From NCBI RefSeq assembly GCF_938028775.1, contig NZ_CALIZG010000024.1, positions 129,672-193,671 of the forward strand: a DNA stretch of 64,000 nucleotides, in the 5' to 3' direction. A model generated the notes under the pieces. The model did no database searches and was not told where the DNA came from. It worked only from the letters and a program-made list of their open reading frames with translations. The position numbers and the translations under genes are program-made. Each line of letters opens with the position of its first letter. Position 1 is the stretch's first letter. This DNA comes from Mogibacterium diversum. GTDB taxonomy: Bacteria > Bacillota > Clostridia > Peptostreptococcales > Anaerovoracaceae. Of this stretch, positions 57,242-64,000 are shown one piece after another.

Positions 57242-58560
57242 TTTACCAAGTACTCCTTACCAAAAATATCAACAACAATATATGCCACATTACCACGAGA
57301 AATAAATTTTATATCATCATAATTGTCGGTTACGCTTATCTCAGCAGAGAACTCCCCATTATAATCAGGATCTATCATAATATAGTCTATAAGTGATTCG
57401 GGTGAACTCTTGCAAGCATTTTGTAGCAACTCCCTGTCCTTGTGCTGGACATATCCTATCTCTAGCTCCGGTCTGAAAGCCATGAGCTTCGCATGACAAA
57501 GCTTCTTACCATTCTCAAGCTCATCAGCTCTCTCTATTTTGATTATCGCATCTGCTCTGTAAGGGCGCTCTACTCCATTTCCATAGAAAAGATAGTTTGA
57601 CTCACATGCATCGAGCCTCTTCTTAGCAGTTCCAAGCGCTAGAGTTTCTACATCGCATCCAACCCAACATCTATCCATGCCATTGGCCGCTTTTAGAAAT
57701 GAACCAGAACCGCAGAAAAAATCTCCAACTAAATCGCCTTTTTCTGTACATGAGCTGAGAATTCGTTTCATCAGTTCTAAAGGCTTTTGAGTTGCGTAAC
57801 CATTTCTTTCGCTGGAGGTCCTGCCCACCATGTCAATACTCCAAACATCTTTCATATTAACGAGTGTATACCACCCATATTCGTCTTGATATTCTTTAAC
57901 CCCTTTAAATCGGTAAGGCTTGAAATCTCGATTATATGACTTCTCCTTAGGCACATTTAGTGAATACTTTTTCGACTTACTGTACATGAGAATCGTATCG
58001 TGTTTTCTTGAAAAATGTGTCTTTGCACTGCCTCCAGATTTATATTTCCATATAATTTCATTCCGCATGTTCTCGTAACCGAAAATTTCATCCATCGCGA
58101 GCTTAACGTAATGTGCTGAATGCCAGTCAAGATGAACCCAGATTAAGCCATCGTTCGCAAGAAGTCTCTTCATGATTACTAGTCTAGTAGTCATGTTTTC
58201 AACATATTGCTCTATGCTTCTGTCGAATGTATCATCATATGCGAGGTGTTTAACTTTATGTATCTTTCCATCACTGTCACATATTTCTACGGTTGCATCG
58301 TATTTCGATTTTGTAAAGAACGGAGGGTCAATATATATACACTTAAATTTACCCTCATATCCATTCTCTAGAAGCCATGACATAAACTCCATGTTATCGC
58401 CAAGCGCTAGAATATTATTGTCTAAATCAGAGTTAGCTTCATTAGCACGAAAACTGTCATACATATGTTTTTCCAAGACACTGAATGGCTTAGATAGCGT
58501 AACTTCTCCATGCTCTAATCCTTTAATTATGCTCTCTGCAATCCCTAAAACTTTGCTCAT
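57238..58560 (-). CDS. Site-specific DNA methyltransferase, beta-class N6-adenine/N4-cytosine (N6_N4_Mtase)
   Basis: Motif IV (IYIDPPFF) precedes motif I (DFFCGSGSF). The probable start is an ATG at 58560 preceded by AGAGGA. A C-terminal domain of about 120 aa has no assignment. No restriction or Res partner is adjacent. Confidence 0.75.
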   Translation of the reverse strand: MSKVLGIAESIIKGLEHGEVTLSKPFSVLEKHMYDSFRANEANSDLDNNILALGDNMEFMSWLLENGYEGKFKCIYIDPPFFTKSKYDATVEICDSDGKIHKVKHLAYDDTFDRSIEQYVENMTTRLVIMKRLLANDGLIWVHLDWHSAHYVKLAMDEIFGYENMRNEIIWKYKSGGSAKTHFSRKHDTILMYSKSKKYSLNVPKEKSYNRDFKPYRFKGVKEYQDEYGWYTLVNMKDVWSIDMVGRTSSERNGYATQKPLELMKRILSSCTEKGDLVGDFFCGSGSFLKAANGMDRCWVGCDVETLALGTAKKRLDACESNYLFYGNGVERPYRADAIIKIERADELENGKKLCHAKLMAFRPELEIGYVQHKDRELLQNACKSSPESLIDYIMIDPDYNGEFSAEISVTDNYDDIKFISRGNVAYIVVDIFGKEYLVK

Positions 58561-58671
58561 CTTAACCGTCCTCTTTAGCGACCATGTCATCAACTGATGA
58601 TTGGATATATCTGTTAATTATAAAACATTGATATTAATATGTCTATTTGAAGAGTTCAAAATAAACAATGC

Positions 58672-58710
58672 CCCGTGGTATGAGAATAGCGCCTGCATTC
58701 TCATACCACG
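58672..58710 (-). terminator. Intrinsic terminator of the dlt operon
   Basis: A perfect 15-bp stem CCGTGGTATGAGAAT / ATTCTCATACCACGG with a 9-nt loop, followed on the minus strand by a U-rich tract (TTGTTTATTTTG). Confidence 0.75.
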
Positions 58711-58868
58711 GAGCATTTAATAAATAGCAACATATTAAAAATTTTTAGAACTCAGCATATGTAAATGCCGGACTGCTGAGCATGCTCCCAAACAGTGAGA
58801 ACACATACAGCACAGCCATGAATATAAACATATAAAGAGTATATTTTAAAGATATCTTATTCTTAATT

Positions 58869-60029
58869 TTACTTATGAGCGAATTCTGCGACTTTTTCAT
58901 TAATCCTTACCCAACCTTCATTCCATGGATGAACCGCATCCGAAACAATATATTTGTTATAGCTATATTCTGTCATATTGGTGTAATCTGCACCGTATTC
59001 ATTAGCGAGCTTTTGAATCTTTTGACCAACAACTACACGCTTATCAGCAGTCATACCTGTATAGTCGTACCATCTACCATTTACAGGAAGTAGAATAAGT
59101 TTAACCTTAATATCATTAGCCTTAGCGATCTCGAGGAATGCTTTAAGATCGTTGTACTCTGGTGAAGTATTGTAGTTTTGATTCAAACGAACATCCTTCA
59201 TCTTAGGATATACCTGTCTAAACTTATTTCTCCACACACGATTGCTCATATAGAACGGATTATCCGCCTTGTATTCACTATCCCTATATGCCTCTTTCAA
59301 GAAACCATTCCAATTGAAATTATCTGGCGTGTACCTCTCAAAGTTCTGAGGTGTTTTTTTGTTCTTCATCATAAATCTCATTGCTGCCCCAACAGTGATT
59401 TTATCCTTGTCGAAAGCATGGCGTCTCTCGAATCCATATAGGAGATTTGATTCGTCATTAAGATTTACTTTATCAATCATGCGCGCCTTCATCTGTAGGC
59501 TCTTATTCTTAGATAGCAGATGCTCTGTTCTTCTTGCAACGTATTTTTTTGTCTTGAGCGGAACATTCTTGTTCTCCATAAATGCAAAGTATTCCGTCTC
59601 CGAAAACCTCAGAGCATAGTCATCTTTCTTAACACCTGAGTGTTTAAACCAGGTTGGTGAAACAAGCAATATAACTTTTTTACTCTTTAGATGTGGTTGA
59701 AGTGACCCAAGTGCAACAGTGTGGAACAGCGTCTGGTTAAACGGTCCTCCGACTGTAACGAGTTTAACATCTGTATCCTTGAAGAAGTTCGTTGGATGGT
59801 ACTGCGTCTTACGTCCATGTCTGAACTCAGATGAGCCGAGCATGAGCACCGAATCTTTTTCAAGATTTCGCGACAATGCATTATACGACAGATCTTTATA
59901 TGTGTTATACCAAGTTCCAAACTGCCCTGTGTTGTCTTTAAGATCATTATTAGCACATATGAAATGTACAACCACTGTGAACATCGCCAGCAGCACGAGA
60001 GCCGCTACAAACGAGTTTATCTTCTTCAT
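58869..60029 (-). CDS. dltD: D-alanyl-lipoteichoic acid biosynthesis protein DltD
   Basis: 386 aa with an N-terminal TM anchor and an SGNH-like body. It is the last gene after dltC. Confidence 0.8.
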   Translation of the reverse strand: MKKINSFVAALVLLAMFTVVVHFICANNDLKDNTGQFGTWYNTYKDLSYNALSRNLEKDSVLMLGSSEFRHGRKTQYHPTNFFKDTDVKLVTVGGPFNQTLFHTVALGSLQPHLKSKKVILLVSPTWFKHSGVKKDDYALRFSETEYFAFMENKNVPLKTKKYVARRTEHLLSKNKSLQMKARMIDKVNLNDESNLLYGFERRHAFDKDKITVGAAMRFMMKNKKTPQNFERYTPDNFNWNGFLKEAYRDSEYKADNPFYMSNRVWRNKFRQVYPKMKDVRLNQNYNTSPEYNDLKAFLEIAKANDIKVKLILLPVNGRWYDYTGMTADKRVVVGQKIQKLANEYGADYTNMTEYSYNKYIVSDAVHPWNEGWVRINEKVAEFAHK

Positions 60030-60047
60030 ATTATCTTCGTTCCTGTC

Positions 60048-60287
60048 TTATTCCCCTAGAATTCTTGCTGAAACTGTCTCTATAATCTTGTTTGGTGTAT
60101 CCATCTGTTCCCTTGTAAATTCAGATGGTGATAAAACAACTCCATACTCATCCTGAATATCTAACAAGAGGCTAACGTAATCGAGCGAATCAATTAAATC
60201 TTCCTCTAGCAAATTGATATCTGGGTTTTCCTTTACAATTTCATCTCCGCAAATGTTCTCAATGATGTCTAGTAGCTTATCTCTCAT
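60048..60287 (-). CDS. dltC: D-alanyl carrier protein
   Basis: 79 aa with a phosphopantetheine attachment motif (LIDSLDYVSL). Confidence 0.85.
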   Translation of the reverse strand: MRDKLLDIIENICGDEIVKENPDINLLEEDLIDSLDYVSLLLDIQDEYGVVLSPSEFTREQMDTPNKIIETVSARILGE

Positions 60288-60410
60288 GATAATTTCCTCC
60301 TAATTTTAGCTATGTTTTAAATATTTTTTTATTTTAATTATTATTGCGTATTCAGTGTTTCTGTTTTTTCTAATTCTTTAATTATGCGATCAAAATTTAT
60401 TTACACATAC

Positions 60411-61580
60411 CTAGCCTTGATTCGAAAGTAAGATCCCTAGTCTTCCGGAGAAGATGAAGAATCCGAACATAACGAGGTGAAGCGTAATTAACCAAGATAC
60501 TCCTATAAACCACTTATCTTTTTTATGCGCCTTATAGAATTTCGATTTCTTTTGGAATATCTCACATGCGGATAATAACACTCCATGATACAGACCGTAA
60601 ACGATGTAGTTAAGCTCAAGCCCATGCCATACACCCATGACGAACATGTTAATCATGAATGCGATTGAGGCAATCACAAGCTTGTTCTTAATCTTGCGAG
60701 TTCTAACTAGTGCCATTGTGATTCTAGAGAAAAGAAAATCTCTAAACCAGAACGACAGTGTCATATGCCAACGATTCCAAAATTCCTTGATGTCCTTACT
60801 CACAAACGGAGCGTTGAAGTTTTCAGGTGTTCTAACTCCAAATATATAGCTGGCTCCTATAGCCATATTGCTGTATCCGGCAAAATCAAAGAACAGGTAT
60901 ACCCCGTATATATAGAAGTAAATCGCTATCGAGTACCATGTCCCTCCAGTTCCAAAGTAATTCATAACCGTGTAGAAACATGCTGCAATTACCATCTTGT
61001 AAACCATGCCCTTGAGTATCTTGTATATGCCTTCTCCTAAAAGCTCTAGATACTCTTCTCTAGGAATGATTTTATCTATATCCTCGTCAAATCTTCTGCT
61101 TCTATCAATAGGACCAGATGTGATAGCGGGGAAAAACAGCAGTAGGTATATGAAGTTTGAGGTCTTAAAGTCTTTTATAACTCCATCATATATCTCGATT
61201 ACCATCTGAGTAGACTTGAACGTCATGTATGACAAGCCTAAAAATGCAAAGATATGGTGCTTATTACCAGTCAGACCCAGGATTTTATAAATTGTGAGCG
61301 GAGCTAAACTCGCTAACAAAAATATCCTATACTGCCATGTTACTCTACCCTTCTTAGTTCTTAGCTCAAGATATATACGTACAACTGCATATTCTATAAC
61401 CGTGTACAGCCCTAGATTGAAGAGAGCATTTAGATTGCTACCCATCGACAGCCATACGAACACAAATGTTACGAACATACCGTACCACTTAAGTGACTTC
61501 TCCCTGCAACCTAGATATATTGCAGGAATCGACAGACCCGCTAACCATATAAAGAAGCTATTGTCTGTAAAAAGCTGCAT
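60411..61580 (-). CDS. dltB: D-alanyl transfer protein DltB (MBOAT family)
   Basis: 389 aa, polytopic, with a conserved His in the C-terminal region (WNRWHMTLSFWFRDF). Confidence 0.85.
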   Translation of the reverse strand: MQLFTDNSFFIWLAGLSIPAIYLGCREKSLKWYGMFVTFVFVWLSMGSNLNALFNLGLYTVIEYAVVRIYLELRTKKGRVTWQYRIFLLASLAPLTIYKILGLTGNKHHIFAFLGLSYMTFKSTQMVIEIYDGVIKDFKTSNFIYLLLFFPAITSGPIDRSRRFDEDIDKIIPREEYLELLGEGIYKILKGMVYKMVIAACFYTVMNYFGTGGTWYSIAIYFYIYGVYLFFDFAGYSNMAIGASYIFGVRTPENFNAPFVSKDIKEFWNRWHMTLSFWFRDFLFSRITMALVRTRKIKNKLVIASIAFMINMFVMGVWHGLELNYIVYGLYHGVLLSACEIFQKKSKFYKAHKKDKWFIGVSWLITLHLVMFGFFIFSGRLGILLSNQG

Positions 61581-63098
61581 CTATACCAACTCCTCCAATT
61601 TCTTTCTATCTGCCTTACCGTTGTTAGTAAGTGGCATCTTGTCCATAAACTTTACACGCTTTGGGACCATGTAGCTAGGCAAAAATGATTTTAATGTTTC
61701 ACGCACATATTTTCTGCCACTATAGTCATCAGCGATGATATCCCCTTCTCTTACAACAAATGCTGTTAAGCTTTCAACCTTTCCCTCATGTCTCTTTGGA
61801 ATAACCGCCGCAGCTGCTACTCCTTCTATATTCGTAAGGTTAGACTCAATATCCCCAAGCTCTATTCTATATCCATGTAGCTTAACCTGATGGTCGATTC
61901 TGCCATCGCAGAATAGCATGCCTGACTCATCGTAGTGCCCTGTATCGCCTGTTCTATAAGCCCTAACCATTTCCTTAGGATTTTCACTTAGCGACCCGGC
62001 CTCAGCCATGAAGAAGACCTTATCAGTTCTCTCCTTGTCCTTATAGTATCCTGAGCTTACTGAATCTCCGACGATTATCATTTCGCTGTTCTCTGGATCG
62101 ATTCTAATCTCGGTTCCAGGCTTAGGAAGCCCGATAGGAAGTGCGCCTTCTCTAGCGATAACCTCATCTGTGATATCAACCTCTGTCACACATACGGTAG
62201 ATTCAGTAGGTCCATATGTATTAATTACCTTAGCATGTGGAAATCTCGCCCTTAGCTGCTTTGCCGTATCTTTTGTAAGAACCTCTCCGCAGAATAGGAA
62301 TGTCTTGATGCTTCCAAAATTCTCCTCGCTAAAATCAGCTTCTCCTAGGCACATATCCGAAAATGAAGGAGTAGATACCCAGTATTCGATATCTGATGAT
62401 GCAATATACTTTAGCATCTCCGGCATATCCTGCTGCAATCCCTTATCTAGCGCAACGATTGTCGATCCAGTTGCGAGACCAGTGTACAAATCCATTACAG
62501 ATAGGTCAAAAGAAAAAGGAGCTTGATTTAAAAATCTAGTAGCCTCCGGAATGCCTCCTGAAAGTGTAACTGACCATTTCAAGTAGTTATTAAGCGCATC
62601 AGCAGGAATTTTAACACCCTTAGGCTTTCCTGTGCTTCCAGATGTAAATATTATGTAATACGTCTCATCACCTGATACAGGCTCTTTATCATCATACGAG
62701 GTGTCGCTTTCAAGAATAGCATCGAGTTTTTCTCTGCCAACAACCTCGTACTTATCGTCTATATCGATCATCTCTTCGTGCTGGACGACTATTACAATCT
62801 CATTATCTATAGCTGATGCAATATCGCTCACCCTCTCTCTAGGGTTTCCTATATCCACTGGACAATACGCATGACCTGACCTCACGCATGCGAGAAAAGC
62901 AGCGAGCATATCCGGATGCTTATGTCCATAGACCATAATAGGTTCGCGATTTCCCTCTAGTCTATTCGATATGTAGCTAGCAAGTGCTGATGACTTTTTC
63001 CAAAGTTCGCCATATGTCATCTTGCCATCTCTCGAGCTAAACACCAAGCGATCAGGTGTTTCTATAGCAGTGCTCTTAATCTTTGCTATGATATCCAT
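61581..63098 (-). CDS. dltA: D-alanine--D-alanyl carrier protein ligase
   Basis: 505 aa adenylation domain (YIIFTSGSTGKPKGV, YRTGD). Confidence 0.85.
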   Translation of the reverse strand: MDIIAKIKSTAIETPDRLVFSSRDGKMTYGELWKKSSALASYISNRLEGNREPIMVYGHKHPDMLAAFLACVRSGHAYCPVDIGNPRERVSDIASAIDNEIVIVVQHEEMIDIDDKYEVVGREKLDAILESDTSYDDKEPVSGDETYYIIFTSGSTGKPKGVKIPADALNNYLKWSVTLSGGIPEATRFLNQAPFSFDLSVMDLYTGLATGSTIVALDKGLQQDMPEMLKYIASSDIEYWVSTPSFSDMCLGEADFSEENFGSIKTFLFCGEVLTKDTAKQLRARFPHAKVINTYGPTESTVCVTEVDITDEVIAREGALPIGLPKPGTEIRIDPENSEMIIVGDSVSSGYYKDKERTDKVFFMAEAGSLSENPKEMVRAYRTGDTGHYDESGMLFCDGRIDHQVKLHGYRIELGDIESNLTNIEGVAAAAVIPKRHEGKVESLTAFVVREGDIIADDYSGRKYVRETLKSFLPSYMVPKRVKFMDKMPLTNNGKADRKKLEELV

Positions 63099-63299
63099 AT
63101 CGTACCTCCATTACTCCTTTGTTATTATAAATTTTATATAAATCGCATTAAATGAGTGGGAAGAAATTATTAAATAAAAATTAAGATTGGAATTTCTTGG
63201 TTTTTATACTTATGCAATGCTTATTCTCATTAAAAAATGAGATGCAATACAGCATCCCATTTTTGATCAGCAATGTTTTAACGCTTTGCCAGCATCATT

Positions 63300-63911
63300 C
63301 TATTTCTTAACGATTTTAGCGTATAGAAGTTTCGATTCGAGATCTATTTCTTTGACGTGTTCACCAAGTGACTCCCCAGTTAACTTCTTGTACTCTGTCT
63401 CCGAATTAACGCCCTTCTCCTTGAGAATTCCCTTCTCAGCTTTTTCTATCTCGGTCTTACTTACTGATACCCGTTTTTTCTCTGCGATGGCATGGAGCAC
63501 TAGCTTAGCTTTCACATTCGCTTTTGCCATCTCTTCAACCTGTTTATCAAACTGGGGCTGTGTCAAATCCGCTTCTTTGAGATATTCAGTCATGGTCATA
63601 TCATATTCTTTGATGCGCTTCTTATACTGATTCTTAATGTTATTAATTTCTCTTGATAATTGAACCTTCGGGTATTTGATCACCCTTGTATTCTTAACAA
63701 GCGCTTGCCATTCTTGCTCCGTGAGCGTCTTCTCCTTTGGCATCCTGAATTCTACATACTTCTCTGAGTTAATGAGATCGTATCCTGTGTATCTGGTAAC
63801 AGTGAACATAAATAATGCGACATCTATGATGATAAAGATAAGTAATCCGATAAGAAGCTTCTGCTTACGAGTGTATCTCTTATGCGGGCTATTACCTTTA
63901 GATGACGACAT
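63300..63911 (-). CDS. Membrane-anchored protein with a SurA-N/trigger-factor-C-like helical domain (putative chaperone or foldase)
   Basis: An N-terminal TM (LLIGLLIFIIIDVALFMF) followed by a Lys/Glu-rich helical region. The ATG at 63911 has a GGAGG at a 9-nt spacing; the ORF-track start is at 63917. Confidence 0.4.
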   Translation of the reverse strand: MSSSKGNSPHKRYTRKQKLLIGLLIFIIIDVALFMFTVTRYTGYDLINSEKYVEFRMPKEKTLTEQEWQALVKNTRVIKYPKVQLSREINNIKNQYKKRIKEYDMTMTEYLKEADLTQPQFDKQVEEMAKANVKAKLVLHAIAEKKRVSVSKTEIEKAEKGILKEKGVNSETEYKKLTGESLGEHVKEIDLESKLLYAKIVKK

Positions 63912-64000
63912 CGTCACTTACCTCCTCATTGATCTTTTTAAACTTATCGCTATTTAATAGAGACTGTCCGCCGAGCTTGTAATCAGCCTCTACAGAGCCA
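63898..64000 (-). CDS. 3' end of an upstream gene (partial, product unknown)
   Basis: The frame is open from the window edge (…DYKLGGQSLLNSDKFKKINEEVSDDVVI) to a stop at 63898-63900. It overlaps the next gene's start. Confidence 0.35.
   Translation of the reverse strand, partial: GSVEADYKLGGQSLLNSDKFKKINEEVSDDVVI

Noticed and set aside
57238-58560. A Type III restriction-modification Mod subunit
   Set aside because: Type III Mod proteins are also beta-class, but they are larger and are followed by res. Here the downstream neighbour is a yitT fragment and the upstream unit is dltD, so I call it an orphan or solitary methyltransferase.
63676-63957. 93-aa plus-strand ORF
   Set aside because: Antisense to the membrane-anchored protein gene. 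Hydrophobic low-complexity translation.
1-64000. CRISPR arrays, rRNA/tRNA genes, transposases and integrases
   Set aside because: No regularly spaced direct repeats, no tRNA-like cloverleaf candidates in intergenic regions and no DDE or tyrosine-recombinase ORFs were seen. The island at 5050-9260 has no recognisable mobility gene.

Overview
This is a 64-kb chromosomal segment from a low-to-moderate GC Firmicutes (Clostridia-like) genome; almost all genes are on the minus strand. From the sequence I read, in order:

- **1–673:** the 3' part of a CwlD-like N-acetylmuramoyl-L-alanine amidase gene.
- **782–5038:** a trans-4-hydroxy-L-proline utilisation operon: a glycyl-radical-enzyme activase, a HypD-like glycyl radical enzyme and proC.
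- **5050–9260:** a 4-kb AT-rich island packed with small paralogous membrane-anchored or secreted proteins. It contains two duplicated three-gene cassettes (X–Y–z), four paralogs of a family carrying a GRNT(N/D)…N(S/D)EGY motif, at least two homopolymer-associated frameshifts or remnants, and no recognisable toxin, phage or transposase gene. This is the most unusual part of the window.
- **9265–13791:** a TetR regulator, a CofE-like protein and an NfnAB-like pair (a GltD-like subunit plus a ferredoxin-NADP reductase-like subunit).
- **14043–24209 and 27888–34788:** a large anaerobic allantoin/purine catabolism supercluster. It encodes an XRE+GntR/FCD dual-HTH regulator, an M20 allantoate amidohydrolase, an LctP-family permease, carbamate kinase, a 1001-aa FdrA–YlbE fusion (oxamate carbamoyltransferase components AllF–AllG), AllD and AllE. 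Further along are two tandem allantoinase/hydantoinase + NCS1-permease pairs and a divergent YlbF/DUF2877 (AllH-like) gene.
- **24210–27887:** the allantoin locus is interrupted by a 3.7-kb accessory segment carrying an alpha/beta-hydrolase, a GNAT, a SIR2 (SirTM-like) protein and a macrodomain protein. The SIR2–macro pair forms its own operon with its own promoter and terminator.
- **34902–37316:** a nitroreductase, a lipoprotein and a 2-hydroxyacid dehydrogenase.
- **37461–44194:** an operon combining two ADP-ribosylglycohydrolase-family genes, a ribose-type ABC transporter, a PfkB kinase and a divergent PsuG-like C-glycosidase.
- **44513–45773:** a BFD-like 2Fe-2S protein and a surface protein with a C-terminal anchor.
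- **45972–55786:** the pyrimidine operon pyrC-K-D-F-E-B-I, iscR-nifS-nifU and an MsbA-like ABC exporter.
- **56033–58560:** a YitT-family gene convergent with a YitT N-terminal remnant, which abuts an orphan beta-class N6/N4 DNA methyltransferase.
- **58869–64000:** the dltABCD operon with a strong intrinsic terminator, and partial upstream genes.

No CRISPR array, rRNA or tRNA gene, or transposase was seen.
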